Shown here: positions 46,598-57,874 of the stretch, piece after piece
Numbering within the stretch: position 1 is the first letter of the stretch
Layout: every line of letters starts with the position of its first letter
From: Clostridia bacterium
Lineage (GTDB): Bacteria > Bacillota > Clostridia > Oscillospirales > Acutalibacteraceae
Assembly (NCBI GenBank): GCA_017520635.1
Contig: JAFXFI010000004.1
Span: forward strand, 14,857-78,856
DNA length: 64,000 nucleotides
Direction: 5' to 3'
Made by a program: the position numbers and the translations under genes
The notes under the pieces: model-generated
Told to the model about the DNA's origin: nothing
Seen by the model: the letters and a program-made list of their open reading frames with translations, nothing else
Database searches by the model: none

Positions 46598-48296
46598 GAG
46601 AGTTTAATGCCTTTTATCTTCTGATTGCGAAGACCGAGAACGAGCATATCGTTGTAAATTGCGGGAGAAGCTTCAATGAGACTTCCGGGAGTGATTTTTC
46701 TGATAAGCTCACCTGTTTTTGCATCAAGCATAACAAGTTCACCTGAAACGTCAGCGTTGATTACAACACTTGCACCGTCTTCACCTGTTACAACAACGGG
46801 AGATGACCATGTGTAGTTAGTGCCGTCATAGTACCAGACCTGTTCTCCTGTATCTTTTCTGAGTGCAGCAATACCGCCACGGTATTGATTTGGGAAATGT
46901 GCAAGTGGAACATATATTAAATCTGTACAGTCGTTTTTGCCAAGGGCAATTGTACCCTGTACACCACCTGATGTATCGGGAACTGTAGAGCAGTTAAAGT
47001 TCTGCTGCCATACAATTTCACCTGTTTCAGCATCAATTTTGAAAACGGGGATATCACCTCTGCCATTCACCTGAGTCCAATGCAGTGATGTTGAAATGTA
47101 GATATAAACTTTATCGCCCTCTTTTTCAAGAACGGGGGAACAGTTTGTATCATCAATAACATCCTGCATCCAGATAACCTCAAGTGTTGTCATGTTGATG
47201 CAGTAGAGATAACCGCCGTTATCGGCGATGTACATATATTCTCCGTAAATTACCGCACTTGTTTCAAAGCCGTACCAATAAGTTGTAGCATTACTTCTTG
47301 CAGTTGAAACTTTGAGTTTAATAGGTTCTTCGGGATTGATTGTAAGAGTACCGGCTTCTTTATCAAAATTTGAGTTGAGTCTTATTGTGTAGATAAGACC
47401 GTTTTCACAAGGGTACACGAGTGTATCTGTACTTGCACATACAAGAGGAGATGAGTCAAAAGCCCCCCATGTTCTGTGAGCAATGTCGTCAGAGCCGTTA
47501 TATTCTTTCATGACAGAACAGTCAAGAAGATTAATTATGAACATTTTCGGTGAATCGCCCGAAGGGTTGTAGTCACCTGCGCCGACGTACATGATGGGAT
47601 AGCCTCTGGGGTCAAGAGCACCGGCACCCTTGAATGTGTAACCAAGGCTGAGTGAGTCTCTTGTGAATTTACCGTCTTCAAGGTCGATGAAGTAGATTGT
47701 ACCTGACATAGTAGCATAAATTACTTCAACAAGCTCTTCCTTGGCTTTCTTTTCTTCAAACATGTTCATGTGCTGTCTTGTTTCTTTGTCCCATTTTACA
47801 ATAAGTGGCTGACCTGTCCAACCGCTACCTGTCCATTCAGGATAGCCTGAGCCTGAGGGAAGAGAACCTGTTTCAACCTGCCATGTATCTTCAAAAGCTT
47901 TATTTTCAAGCTTTGCTGTTCCGAAAACTGCACTGTCACGGAAATTGTTTCCGCGGAAAGTGATAATTCCGTCAAGGGCAGAATAGTTGTTTTCAGTTCC
48001 GAAATAAAAGCCGGAAAGTGAGTATCTGTCGATTTTTGTGTTGCCTGAATAAATCTCTGTCTGAAGACCGAATTTTTCAGGGTCTGTATTTTCTGTTGCA
48101 TGAGGTGTGAACATGGCAGCCTCTTCAGGTAAAGTTACATCCTCGGATTCTGTATTCTGAACAGAGTTTGTGTCTGATGAAAGCTCTGTTTCCATTTCCG
48201 AAAGACTTCCTCTGTGTTCAAGAAAACTGAAAGAAGCAAACACTACTGCAACGACTGCAATAAGTGAACAGATTATAACTCCTGTATTTTTTTTCA
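46594..48296 (-). CDS. Membrane-anchored PQQ-like beta-propeller repeat protein
   Basis: I placed the start at the ATG at 48296 because the track ORF extends upstream through the glnA terminator and into glnA. It has an N-terminal TM segment (GVIICSLIAVVAVVFASF). Repeated G(E/T)..W segments are present (GEIVWQQNF, LEVIWMQDV, GEQVWYYDG, GELIRKI). Confidence 0.6.
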
Positions 48297-48310
48297 TTTG
48301 TCTCAACTCC

Positions 48311-48350
48311 AAAAAAGCAGCCGTGGTTTGGGTGTCACCCTTCAGGCTGC
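48311..48350 (-). terminator. Intrinsic terminator downstream of glnA
   Basis: On the minus strand gcagcc pairs with ggctgc, with inner pairing, followed by tttttt. Confidence 0.55.
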
Positions 48351-48358
48351 CTAAAATT

Positions 48359-49678
48359 TTAGTATTTGATAAGATAGTTGTTGATTTCCCACTGAGAAAC
48401 CATGATGCTGTATTCACGCCATTCAGCTTTTTTACCTTCAATATATTTTTCGAAAACGTGCTCTCCCACTGTTTCACGTACAAAGGGGTCGCGGATGCTT
48501 TCTCTGATAGCTTCTTCAAGGGACTTGGGAAGCATTTCAATGTTGTTTTCTCTGAGTTCTTCTTCGGACATATCGTAAAGGTTATCGTAAATGGGCGCAA
48601 CGGGTTTAAGCTTTCTTTTTATACCGTCAAGACCCGCAGCAAGGCAGAGAGCCATTTCGAGATAAGGGTTGCATGAGGGGTCGGGACTTCTCAGCTCAAC
48701 ACGTGTTGCATTGCCTCTTGCTGAGGGGATTCTGAGAAGACTGCTTCTGTTACTTACACTCCATGAAATATAAACAGGTGCTTCATAACCGGGAACAAGA
48801 CGTTTATATGAGTTTACAAGGGGATTTGCAAAGCTTGTGATGCCCTTGATATGTTCCATGATGCCTGCAATGAAAGCATAAGCATCTTCGCTTAAACCAA
48901 GTTCATCATCAGGATTGTAGAAAGCGTTTTTACCGTTCTTAAAGAGAGACATGTTTGTGTGCATACCTGAACCGCAGATACCGAAAACAGGCTTCGGCAT
49001 GAATGTTGCGTGGAGGCCGTGTTTTTCTGCAATTGTTTTAACAACGTATTTGAAAGTTACAACGTCATCTGCAACGTGGAGAACTTCACCGAAACGGAAG
49101 CCGATTTCATGCTGACCGTCAGCACATTCATGGTGAGCTGCTTCAATTTCAAAGCCGATTTTCTCAAGAGCAAGACAGATGTCACGACGGCAGTTTTCAC
49201 CAAGGTCAATAGGACCTAAGTCAAAGTAACCTGCTTTGTCAGCCGTTTTTGTTGTGGGGTTGCCGTTTTCATCGCGTTTGAAAAGAAAGAATTCGCATTC
49301 GGGACCTACGTTGAAGCTGTAGCCCATGTCCTCTGCTTCCTTGATAACCTTTTTAAGAATATTTCTGGGGTCACCCATGAAAGGAGTACCGTCAGTTGAA
49401 TAAACATCGCAGATCATCCTTGCTGTATCGGGACACCAGGGAAAAACTGCAAATGTATCCATGTCGGGCTTAAGATACATGTCAGACTCATCAATTCTGA
49501 CAAATCCTTCGATTGAAGAACCATCAAACATGCAACCTCCGTCAAGTGCTTTTTCAAGCTGTTTTACTGTGATTGCAACGTTTTTCGGTGTGCCGAAAAC
49601 ATCTGTGAACTGAAGCCTTACAAACTCAACGTTTTTTTCTTTTGCAATGCTGAGTATATCCTCTTTAGTATAACCCAT
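48359..49678 (-). CDS. glnA: Glutamine synthetase, type I
   Basis: 439 aa. It has [25 protein letters not shown] and [10 protein letters not shown], and the C-terminal region is typical of GSI. Confidence 0.95.
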   Translation of the reverse strand: MGYTKEDILSIAKEKNVEFVRLQFTDVFGTPKNVAITVKQLEKALDGGCMFDGSSIEGFVRIDESDMYLKPDMDTFAVFPWCPDTARMICDVYSTDGTPFMGDPRNILKKVIKEAEDMGYSFNVGPECEFFLFKRDENGNPTTKTADKAGYFDLGPIDLGENCRRDICLALEKIGFEIEAAHHECADGQHEIGFRFGEVLHVADDVVTFKYVVKTIAEKHGLHATFMPKPVFGICGSGMHTNMSLFKNGKNAFYNPDDELGLSEDAYAFIAGIMEHIKGITSFANPLVNSYKRLVPGYEAPVYISWSVSNRSSLLRIPSARGNATRVELRSPDPSCNPYLEMALCLAAGLDGIKRKLKPVAPIYDNLYDMSEEELRENNIEMLPKSLEEAIRESIRDPFVRETVGEHVFEKYIEGKKAEWREYSIMVSQWEINNYLIKY

Positions 49679-49714
49679 AAAAACATTCTCCTCTTGCCGT
49701 ATTTACATTTACTA

Positions 49715-49742
49715 ATTATATCACAAGGTCGGATTTTGTCAA
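49715..49742 (-). promoter_or_regulatory. Candidate sigma-A promoter of glnA
   Basis: On the minus strand: TTGACA, a 16 nt spacer, then TATAAT with an upstream TG (extended -10). Confidence 0.55.
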
Positions 49743-49839
49743 TTAACAAAAGTGCAGTTAAAATTTCATTTATTATAAGATTATTAGTTACTATTACATA
49801 TAATTCACAAAATTATAAGAAATTTTGTAATATAAACAC

Positions 49840-49868
49840 TTTAAAATTATATCAATGTGTGATATAAT
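49840..49868 (+). promoter_or_regulatory. Candidate sigma-A promoter of the mreBCD operon
   Basis: TTTAAA, a 17 nt spacer, then TATAAT with a TGn extended -10. Confidence 0.45.
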
Positions 49869-49950
49869 GTTTTGATGAATACTCATTTTGGGACAGTATG
49901 TAAAAGATTAACAAAATAAATTCTAAAGAAAAGAGAAAAGGAGAACAGAT

Positions 49951-50940
49951 ATGTTATTTACTCAGGAAGTGGGAATAGACCTCGGAACAGCGAATACACT
50001 TGTTTTCGTTAAGGGAAAAGGAATTGTAATAAGAGAGCCTTCTGTTGTGGCAGTTGATGAACGTTCAAATCCGCCTAAGGTTGTTGCAGTAGGTACAGAA
50101 GCAAAAGAAATGATCGGCAGAACTCCGGGCTCAATTGTGGCAGTACGTCCTCTTAAAGACGGCGTTATTGCTGACTTTGATATTACTTCTGACATGCTCA
50201 AGGAGTTTATCCGCCGTGCAATAAGCGGTTCACCTTTCTCAAGAGCAAAGGTAAGAATCTGCATTCCCTCAGGTGTTACAAGCGTTGAAAGACGTGCTGT
50301 TCATGACGCTGCAAGAAGTGCAGGCGCAAAATACGTAAGCCTTATTGAAGAGCCTATGGCAGCAGCAATCGGTGCAGGTCTTCCGGTAAGAGAAGCAAAG
50401 GGCAGTCTTGTTGTTGATATCGGCGGCGGTACTGCAGAGGTTGCGGTAATTTCTCTCGGTGACATTGTAACCTCACGTTCTGCAAGATGTGCAGGTGACA
50501 AGCTTGATGAAGCAATTATTGCTCACATCAGAAAAAAATATAACGTGCTTATCGGTGAAAGAACTGCAGAAGAAATCAAAGTCACAATCGGTTCAGCCTA
50601 TCCCTATGAAAACGAGGGTACAATGACAGTAAAGGGCAGAAGTCAGATTGACGGTCTTCCCAAGCTTATTGAAATTTCAGCAGACGAAATCCGTGAAGCT
50701 CTTGCAGATTCTGTCAGCCTTATTGTTGAAGCAATCCGTTCAACTCTTGAAAAAACACCTCCCGAGCTTGCATCAGACATTATTGATACCGGCATTATGC
50801 TTACAGGTGGCGGTGCACTTCTCAGAGGCCTTGATAAGCTTATAGCGATTGAAACAAAAATGCCTGTTCACATTGCGGAAAATCCTCTTGACTGTGTTGT
50901 GAACGGTACGGGTATGAGCCTTGAATCAAACGCTCTTTAA
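49951..50940 (+). CDS. mreB: Rod shape-determining protein MreB
   Basis: [12 protein letters not shown] and [13 protein letters not shown] are actin-fold motifs. 329 aa. Confidence 0.95.
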   Translation: MLFTQEVGIDLGTANTLVFVKGKGIVIREPSVVAVDERSNPPKVVAVGTEAKEMIGRTPGSIVAVRPLKDGVIADFDITSDMLKEFIRRAISGSPFSRAKVRICIPSGVTSVERRAVHDAARSAGAKYVSLIEEPMAAAIGAGLPVREAKGSLVVDIGGGTAEVAVISLGDIVTSRSARCAGDKLDEAIIAHIRKKYNVLIGERTAEEIKVTIGSAYPYENEGTMTVKGRSQIDGLPKLIEISADEIREALADSVSLIVEAIRSTLEKTPPELASDIIDTGIMLTGGGALLRGLDKLIAIETKMPVHIAENPLDCVVNGTGMSLESNAL

Positions 50941-50974
50941 TGCTCTTTAATTAAATCCGAAAGGAACAAAAACC

Positions 50975-51829
50975 ATGGGAGAATTTTTTAAAAGTAAAAA
51001 ATTCAAAATACTTGCCTGTGTAGTGGCAGCCCTTCTTGCGGGTACTGTTTTTTCGGTAATTTCACATAACGGGTCATCTCCCGTTGCATCTGTTCTGAGT
51101 GCAGCTTTTTCTCCTGTTGAAAAGTTCTCCTCTTTCATGGCAGAAAAGACAAAAGGGTTTACTATGCATTTTCGTTCAGCAGCAACTTACGCAGACAGAG
51201 TGAAAGAACTTGAAGAAGAGGTTGAAAAATATCAGCTTCAGCTTGTGGAATACGAACAGACAAAGCAGAAGCTTGCAGTTTATGAAGAATTTCTTGATGT
51301 AAAAGAGGAAAATCCCGATTTTGAATTTGAGGATGCTTCAATCATAGCAAGAGATTCTGCTGATATGTATTATTCTTTTGTTATCGCAAAGGGTTCAACT
51401 GCAGGAATCAAAGTAAACGATCCTGTAATTTACGGAAAATATCTCGTAGGTGTTGTTTCAAGTGTGAAGCTTAACACGGCAGTTGTAAAAACAGTTCTTG
51501 ACCCGGAAGTAAATGCAGGCGCTTATGATGTTCAGAGCCGTGAATACGGTTATGTTACAACAACAAACGAACTTTCCTATAAAGGCAGATGCATGTTACC
51601 GGGTCTTGAAAAAACAACTTCAATTACGAGCGGTTCAGTTATCTGCACATCAGGTATCGGCGGAATTTATCCCAAAGACCTGATTATCGGAACGGTAGAA
51701 GAGGTTCTCAATGATACACGTACGGTATCTGTGTATGCGGTTATTAATCCCGGTGTGGAAATTGCAGACCTTCAGGATGTTTTTGTTATAAAAAGCTTTG
51801 ACGGACAGGGAATTACAACAACTGATTAA
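50975..51829 (+). CDS. mreC: Rod shape-determining protein MreC
   Basis: It has an N-terminal anchor, a coiled-coil segment (ELEEEVEKYQLQLVEYEQ) and a C-terminal GIGGIYPKDLIIG motif. It sits directly after mreB. Confidence 0.85.
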   Translation: MGEFFKSKKFKILACVVAALLAGTVFSVISHNGSSPVASVLSAAFSPVEKFSSFMAEKTKGFTMHFRSAATYADRVKELEEEVEKYQLQLVEYEQTKQKLAVYEEFLDVKEENPDFEFEDASIIARDSADMYYSFVIAKGSTAGIKVNDPVIYGKYLVGVVSSVKLNTAVVKTVLDPEVNAGAYDVQSREYGYVTTTNELSYKGRCMLPGLEKTTSITSGSVICTSGIGGIYPKDLIIGTVEEVLNDTRTVSVYAVINPGVEIADLQDVFVIKSFDGQGITTTD

Positions 51830-51851
51830 TAAACAAAGGCGGTGAGTGACA

Positions 51852-52364
51852 ATGATTAAAGAAAATCTTCCCATTTATATAAAACGCTTTATTCTGGGAT
51901 TAATCATTGTTATTGCTGCACTTCTTCAGAATACTCCCGGAGTAATGCCTCAGATGTTTTCGGCAAACGCAATGCTTCTGATTCCCGTATGTGTTTCAAT
52001 TGCAATGTTTGAAAATGAAATTGTCAGTCTTGTTTTCGGTCTCGTTGCAGGACTTCTGTGGGATTTTACAGCGCCCGAGGGATATTTTTTCCATTCTATC
52101 GTTTTGTGTATTGCTGCTTTTTTTGTTTCAATGCTTGTCAGAAGACGAGTGAGAAATACGCTTTTCGGCTCAATGGTTCTTACTTTTGCAACAGTATTTC
52201 TGCACAACACGGTTTACTGGATTTTATTTGTTCTTATTCCTCAGTCTCAGGGTGCAGGAGGAGTATATTTCAGATTCTATTTCCCTTCATGTATATACAC
52301 GGTTCTTGTGGGAATTGTAATTTATCTCATAATAAGACCTGTTGAAAAAACATTCAGAGTATAG
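51852..52364 (+). CDS. mreD: Rod shape-determining protein MreD
   Basis: A small polytopic membrane protein located after mreC. ATG at 51852 is preferred over GTG at 51846. Confidence 0.7.
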   Translation: MIKENLPIYIKRFILGLIIVIAALLQNTPGVMPQMFSANAMLLIPVCVSIAMFENEIVSLVFGLVAGLLWDFTAPEGYFFHSIVLCIAAFFVSMLVRRRVRNTLFGSMVLTFATVFLHNTVYWILFVLIPQSQGAGGVYFRFYFPSCIYTVLVGIVIYLIIRPVEKTFRV

Positions 52365-52400
52365 CCTGAGAAAATTATTTTGTCAAAGGAGGTGTCACGG

Positions 52401-54452
52401 GTGCGTAAACTCAACAACAGAGACCTTGCGGTAATGGGAATTTTTGCTTTTATATTTTTTATTTTCATAATCAGATTCGGTTATTTTCAGATTGTTCATG
52501 CAGACGATTATGTAAACGCAGGAAAAAATGTTTCATCACGCTCAGTTACCGTCAAATCCACCCGAGGCGAAATTCTTGACAGAAACGGCTATCCCTTTGT
52601 GACAAACAGACAGGGTAATGCAGTTATTTTTGATGCTTCAAATAATTTTCCGACTTATGAAAATCAGAAGGAAAGAAATAAAATTATTCTCAAGCTCATT
52701 AAATTTTTTGAAAGCGCAGGGGAAGAATGGAACGATAATCTCCCCATAAAGGTTGACAAAAAAGGCAATGCTGTTTTTGAAGAAGACCGTGAAGATGATA
52801 TAGCAGTAATGAAAAGCAGGGACATGCTTAACCTTAACAGCTATGCTACTGCAGAAAACTGCCTTGATGCTCTTATTGAAAGATACAGTCTTCAGGAATA
52901 TTCAAAAAAAGATGCATGCAGAATTGCCTCAGTCTGTTATGAAATGCTTCTCAAAAGCTTCAATTCATCAAACCCTTATACTTTTGCTGACGATGTTTCG
53001 GACAAGCTTGTGTCTATCATAAAAGAGAACAGCGTATTTCTGCCCGGTGTTGAAATTGAAATCACAACTTACCGTGAATACACCGACGGTACAATTGCAC
53101 CGCATATTATCGGCATGACAGGTGTTATCAGTGCAGAAGAATATGCCGACAGAAAAGATACTTACGGAATGACCGATATTATCGGTAAAAACGGCATCGA
53201 GCTTGCCATGGAAAGTTATCTCAAAGGCAAAAACGGTGTGAAAACTTATTACAGCGATGCTTCAGGTGAAACACGTGTTGAATATACGGTAAATCCTGAG
53301 CAGGGAAACAATATTATACTGACTCTTGACTATAATCTGCAGAAAATTACTCAGAAGGCAGTAAAGGATTGCGCCGAATCAATGGAAGGAAATCCTTTAC
53401 CTCCTGCAGGTTCTGCAGTTGTTTTAAAGGTTGATACAGGTGAAGTTCTTGCAGCAGCAACTTATCCCAGTTATAACGTTGAAAGCTACAATAAAAATTA
53501 CGAAAAACTTGCAAAAAATACTTCAGCACCTCTCTGGAACAGAGCTTTTCTCAGCACATATACTCCCGGCTCAACAATGAAACCGGCCATTGCAATTGCA
53601 GGTCTTGAAGAGAGTGCAATCAATGAAGAAGACGGAACCTATTGTGACAGCACTTACACGTACCGCGACATTACTCTCGGATGTACAAATGCCCACGGTT
53701 TTACAAATGTTGTTACCGCTATTTACCACTCATGTAATATTTTCTTCTATGACCTTGGTGATAAGCTGGGTATTTCAACAATGAATGAATACAGAAAAAA
53801 CCTTGGCTTTGCACAGAAAACCGGTATTGAAATTGAAGAAGCTATAGGAACACTTGACAGTCCCTCATACAGACAGACTCTCGGTCAGGAATGGTATCCC
53901 GGCTTCACACTTCAGTCTGCTATCGGTAACGCAGGTGACCAGGCAACTCCAATTCAGCTTGCCAATTATTGTGCTACAATCGCAAACGGCGGAACAAGAT
54001 ATAAATGTACTCTTATCAAGTCGATAAAATCCTATGATTATTCCACCACAATTCTTGAGAACGATCCTGTTGTAGTCAAAGAAACAGGTATTTCAAATTC
54101 AACACTTAAGTATGTTCAGGAGGGTATGCTGAAGGTAGGTACAATCGGCTTTTGTCAATACGCTTTCAGTTCACTTCCCATTGATGCAGCAGCAAAAACA
54201 GGTACATCTCAGGTTGAAAAAATAATCAACGGTAAGAAACAGATATGTAACAACGGTTTCCTTATCACTTATGCACCTTATGATGACCCTGAAATTGCAA
54301 TATGTATCGCTCTTGAAGGTGCTTCTTCAGGTGCGGCGGTAGCGCCTGTTGCAAGAGACATTTATGCTTATTATTTCAATGAAGATAAAGATGAAAACAA
54401 CAACGTGTCTATGGACGAAGATACACAGACAAGCGGAGATTTAATTCAATAA
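52401..54452 (+). CDS. mrdA: Penicillin-binding protein 2 (elongation transpeptidase)
   Basis: It has SxxK (GSTMKP), SxN (HSCN) and KTG (AKTGTS) motifs and an N-terminal anchor. GTG at 52401 lies 6 nt after AAGGAGGTG; the track start is TTG at 52380. Confidence 0.85.
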   Translation: MRKLNNRDLAVMGIFAFIFFIFIIRFGYFQIVHADDYVNAGKNVSSRSVTVKSTRGEILDRNGYPFVTNRQGNAVIFDASNNFPTYENQKERNKIILKLIKFFESAGEEWNDNLPIKVDKKGNAVFEEDREDDIAVMKSRDMLNLNSYATAENCLDALIERYSLQEYSKKDACRIASVCYEMLLKSFNSSNPYTFADDVSDKLVSIIKENSVFLPGVEIEITTYREYTDGTIAPHIIGMTGVISAEEYADRKDTYGMTDIIGKNGIELAMESYLKGKNGVKTYYSDASGETRVEYTVNPEQGNNIILTLDYNLQKITQKAVKDCAESMEGNPLPPAGSAVVLKVDTGEVLAAATYPSYNVESYNKNYEKLAKNTSAPLWNRAFLSTYTPGSTMKPAIAIAGLEESAINEEDGTYCDSTYTYRDITLGCTNAHGFTNVVTAIYHSCNIFFYDLGDKLGISTMNEYRKNLGFAQKTGIEIEEAIGTLDSPSYRQTLGQEWYPGFTLQSAIGNAGDQATPIQLANYCATIANGGTRYKCTLIKSIKSYDYSTTILENDPVVVKETGISNSTLKYVQEGMLKVGTIGFCQYAFSSLPIDAAAKTGTSQVEKIINGKKQICNNGFLITYAPYDDPEIAICIALEGASSGAAVAPVARDIYAYYFNEDKDENNNVSMDEDTQTSGDLIQ

Positions 54453-54465
54453 GGAGATTTTTCAC

Positions 54466-55404
54466 ATGGGTATTTTCAAAAAATTCAGCATGGGTCTGAA
54501 GAAAACAAGAGAAAGCATGGCAGGTGCAATTGAAAACATGCTTCACAGCTACAAGGATATTGACGAGGAATTGTATGAGGACCTTGAAGAAATTCTTGTT
54601 ATGGGTGACGTAGGTGTTGTAACTGCAGGAGAGATTGTTGAAAAACTCCGCGACAGAGTTAAACAGAAAAATATCGGAACACCTGCAAAGGTAAAAGAAC
54701 AGATTAAAGATATTGTTGCAGAAATGCTCAAGGGTGAAGAAGAAATGAGTCTTATTACTCAGCCCTCAGTTATCCTTGTTATCGGTGTTAATGGTGTTGG
54801 TAAAACAACAACAATCGGCAAAATGGCTTCGATGTATAAAGCTCAGGGCAAAAAGGTTATTCTCGGTGCAGCAGATACTTTCAGAGCAGCAGCTATTGAG
54901 CAGCTTGAAGTATGGGCAGAACGTGCAGGTGTTGACATTGTAAAACATAAAGAAGGCGCAGACCCTGCAGCAGTTGTTTACGATACAATTCAGGCAGGTA
55001 TTGCGAGAAATGCAGATATTATTATCTGCGATACTGCAGGCAGACTTCATAACAAGAAAAACCTTATGGATGAGCTTGCAAAAATTTACAGAGTTATTGA
55101 TAAAGAGCTTCCTTATTCTGACCGTGAAAGTCTTCTTGTTCTTGATGCAACAACAGGTCAGAACGCAGTTAATCAGGCAAGAGAATTTAAAAACGTTGCA
55201 GAAATTACAGGCATTGTTCTTACAAAGCTTGACGGTACTGCACGTGGCGGTGTTGTTCTTGCAATTAAAAATGACCTTCGTGTTCCTGTTAAATTTGTAG
55301 GCGTTGGTGAACAGATTGATGACCTTCAGCCCTTCAGTCCCTCAGCTTTTGCAGAAGGACTTTTCGAAGCAGAAGTGAAACACGAAGAAGATGACGAGGA
55401 ATAA
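54466..55404 (+). CDS. ftsY: Signal recognition particle receptor FtsY
   Basis: It has GVNGVGKTTTIGK, DTAGR and TKLDGTARGG motifs. Confidence 0.92.
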   Translation: MGIFKKFSMGLKKTRESMAGAIENMLHSYKDIDEELYEDLEEILVMGDVGVVTAGEIVEKLRDRVKQKNIGTPAKVKEQIKDIVAEMLKGEEEMSLITQPSVILVIGVNGVGKTTTIGKMASMYKAQGKKVILGAADTFRAAAIEQLEVWAERAGVDIVKHKEGADPAAVVYDTIQAGIARNADIIICDTAGRLHNKKNLMDELAKIYRVIDKELPYSDRESLLVLDATTGQNAVNQAREFKNVAEITGIVLTKLDGTARGGVVLAIKNDLRVPVKFVGVGEQIDDLQPFSPSAFAEGLFEAEVKHEEDDEE

Positions 55405-55407
55405 TTT

Positions 55408-55992
55408 ATGGATTTCCTGATTGCTACTCATAACAGAAAAAAACAGGCTGAAATGCAGAGAGTTTTAGAACCTCTGGGAATCAGCGTTAAAACTGCAGAG
55501 GACCTTGGTATTACTCTTACTGAAGTTGAAGAAAATGGAACAACTTTTCATGAAAATGCAAAAATCAAGGCACTTGCAGGATGTAAAGAAAGCGGACTTC
55601 CCTGTATTGCTGATGATTCGGGACTTTGTGTTGATTATCTTGACGGAGCACCGGGGATTTACTCTGCAAGATACTCAGGGGGAGACGATAAACAAAACAA
55701 CATCAAGCTTCTCTCAGCGCTTGAGGGAGTGGAAAAAGAAAAAAGAACAGCATATTTCGCTTGCAGTATTTCCTGCTGTTTCCCTGACGGCAGAGAAATT
55801 TCAGCAGAGGGAAAGTGTTTCGGATATATTGGTTTTGAAGAACAGGGCAATGGCGGTTTCGGTTACGACCCGTTGTTTATTACAGAAAAAGGCTGTTTCG
55901 GTATGCTCAGTGCAGAAGAAAAAGATGAAATAAGCCATAGAGGAAACGCTCTGAGATTATTTAAAGAAAAATTACAGATGGAGAAATTATAA
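55408..55992 (+). CDS. rdgB: RdgB/HAM1-family non-canonical purine NTP pyrophosphatase
   Basis: It has ATHNRKK, ADDSGLCVDYLDGAPGIYSARY, FGYDPLF and SHRGNAL motifs. Confidence 0.88.
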   Translation: MDFLIATHNRKKQAEMQRVLEPLGISVKTAEDLGITLTEVEENGTTFHENAKIKALAGCKESGLPCIADDSGLCVDYLDGAPGIYSARYSGGDDKQNNIKLLSALEGVEKEKRTAYFACSISCCFPDGREISAEGKCFGYIGFEEQGNGGFGYDPLFITEKGCFGMLSAEEKDEISHRGNALRLFKEKLQMEKL

Positions 55993-56333
55993 TGACAAGT
56001 AAAGAAAGAGCAAATTTAAGAGCACAGGCAAACTCAATTGAAGTTTTGTATCAGATAGGCAAAGGCGGTATCAATGACGCATTTATTGAACAGACAAAAG
56101 CCGCACTCAAAAAAAGAGAACTTATCAAACTCAAGGTTCTTCTTGAATCTTCTCCTGTAACTCCCAGAGAAGCAGCAGATGAAATTGCAGAAAAAACAGA
56201 ATCCGAAGTAGTTCAGGTTATTGGCGGATGTATGGTTTTCTACAAATACAATCCTGAACTTCACAAGGACGAAAAGAAAAAAACAGTATCAAAAGCAAAA
56301 AGACTTTCAGATATCAAAGGTAAAAGAAGATGA
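55992..56333 (+). CDS. yhbY: YhbY-type (CRM domain) ribosome assembly RNA-binding protein
   Basis: It has LRAQANSIEVLYQIGKGGIND and ELIKLKVL segments. It sits before nadD, as in other Firmicutes. Confidence 0.8.
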   Translation: MTSKERANLRAQANSIEVLYQIGKGGINDAFIEQTKAALKKRELIKLKVLLESSPVTPREAADEIAEKTESEVVQVIGGCMVFYKYNPELHKDEKKKTVSKAKRLSDIKGKRR

Positions 56334-56914
56334 AAACAGGTCTTTTCGGAGGAACATTCAATCCTGTTCACAACGGGCATGTAAATCTTGTAAAAAATTT
56401 CAAAGACGAACTGAAGCTTGACAGAGTTTTTGTAATTCCCACGGCAGTACCTCCTCACAAAGAGGCTGAAGGTCTTGTTTCAAGTGAAGACAGACTGGAA
56501 ATGTGCAGACTTGCGTTTGAAAATATTGCAGAAGTAAGTGATGTTGAAATTGCAAGAGGTGGAAGAAGCTATACTGTAGAAACTCTTGAAGAGCTGAAAA
56601 GAATTTACAAAGATGATGAATTTTATTTTCTTGTGGGTTCGGATATGCTTCTCTCTTTCAAGCGTTGGTACAGATGGGAAGATATTCTCACCATGTGTAC
56701 TCTTTGTGCAACAGACAGAGACGCTGAAAAAACTTGTATGGATGCGGACGAAGAGCTTTTTGACAGAATAATTTTCTGCGATTTCCCGAAAACTGTTATC
56801 AGTTCGAGCATGGTGCGTGAAAAACTTTTTTTAGGCCAAAGTGTAGAAGAACTTGTTCCCCGTGAAGTTGAAAAATATATCAGAGAAAAAGGTTTATACA
56901 ATGTGTGTGACTGA
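56330..56914 (+). CDS. nadD: Nicotinate-nucleotide adenylyltransferase
   Basis: GLFGGTFNPVHNGH carries the (H/T)xGH motif. It also has an ISSS.VR motif. Confidence 0.9.
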   Translation: MKTGLFGGTFNPVHNGHVNLVKNFKDELKLDRVFVIPTAVPPHKEAEGLVSSEDRLEMCRLAFENIAEVSDVEIARGGRSYTVETLEELKRIYKDDEFYFLVGSDMLLSFKRWYRWEDILTMCTLCATDRDAEKTCMDADEELFDRIIFCDFPKTVISSSMVREKLFLGQSVEELVPREVEKYIREKGLYNVCD

Positions 56915-57491
56915 AAGAAATGAAGAATTTAAAAGTCTTATAAAGGGAAAACTTAAAGAGAGTCGTTTTATCCACTCACTTAATGTGGCTGACAGCGCAA
57001 AGGAACTTGCACTTCTTTACGGTTGTGATGAAGAAAAGGCATATACTGCAGGACTTCTTCATGATGTAATGAAAAATGCAAGTGAAGAAGAACAACTTCT
57101 TGTGATAAACAAAGCGGGATGGCAGTTAACAGATTGCGAAAAAGCCAATAATAAACTGTGGCATGCAATTGCAGGTGCGGCTTTTATGAAAACAGAACTC
57201 GGCATTGAAGATAACACCCTGATTGAGGCTGTAAGATATCACACAACTGCAAGAAAAAACATGTCAGTTCTTGAAAAGGTAATTTATGTTGCAGACTTTG
57301 TTTCTGCAGACAGAAATTATCCCGAAGTAGAAGAAGTAAGAGAAGCATCAAAACAGTCTCTCGAAAAAGCAATGATGCTGGGACTTGAATTCTGTATTCA
57401 GGAAATTGCAAAAAGAAGACAGATTCTTCATCCCGACAGCGTAGATGCATATAATGAAATAATTCTCAACAATTATCCTCAGGAGGTTTAA
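56901..57491 (+). CDS. yqeK: HD-domain bis(5'-nucleosyl)-tetraphosphatase YqeK
   Basis: It has RFIHSLNVAD and GLLHDVMK (HD) motifs. ATG at 56901 overlaps nadD by 14 nt. Confidence 0.8.
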   Translation: MCVTERNEEFKSLIKGKLKESRFIHSLNVADSAKELALLYGCDEEKAYTAGLLHDVMKNASEEEQLLVINKAGWQLTDCEKANNKLWHAIAGAAFMKTELGIEDNTLIEAVRYHTTARKNMSVLEKVIYVADFVSADRNYPEVEEVREASKQSLEKAMMLGLEFCIQEIAKRRQILHPDSVDAYNEIILNNYPQEV

Positions 57492-57493
57492 AT

Positions 57494-57844
57494 ATGAAAT
57501 ACGAAGAACTTATAAAAAACATCGTGAAAGTTCTTGATGAAAAGAAAGCAGAAGATATTAAAGTAATTGAAACTGCAGAGCTTACAATTGTTGCAGATTG
57601 CTTTATAGTTGTAAGCGGTACATCAAGCACTCACGTAAGAGCACTTGAAGGTGAAGTTGAAGATGCACTTTCAAAGCTGGGCGAAGAACCTCAGCACATT
57701 GAGGGAAGAGCAACAGGCTGGATTCTCATGGATTACGGTACAGTTGTTGTTCACATTTTTGACAGACAGAGCCGTGAATACTATAATATAGAAAGACTCT
57801 GGCAGGATGCAAATATCAGAACTGCAGAAGAAATTCTTGGTTAA
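57494..57844 (+). CDS. rsfS: Ribosome silencing factor RsfS
   Basis: 116 aa. It contains KAEDIKVIE..., DCFIVVSGTSSTHVRAL, GWILMDYGTVVVHIF and YNIERLW. Confidence 0.88.
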   Translation: MKYEELIKNIVKVLDEKKAEDIKVIETAELTIVADCFIVVSGTSSTHVRALEGEVEDALSKLGEEPQHIEGRATGWILMDYGTVVVHIFDRQSREYYNIERLWQDANIRTAEEILG

Positions 57845-57874
57845 TTTAAGATTTAAATTAGGAGTTGAAATAAA

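Noticed and set aside
48297-48600. Upstream extension of the propeller-protein ORF (track 46594-48600) overlapping glnA.
   Set aside because: The extension runs through the glnA terminator hairpin and into the glnA coding region in another frame. The ATG at 48296 gives a normal N-terminal membrane anchor.
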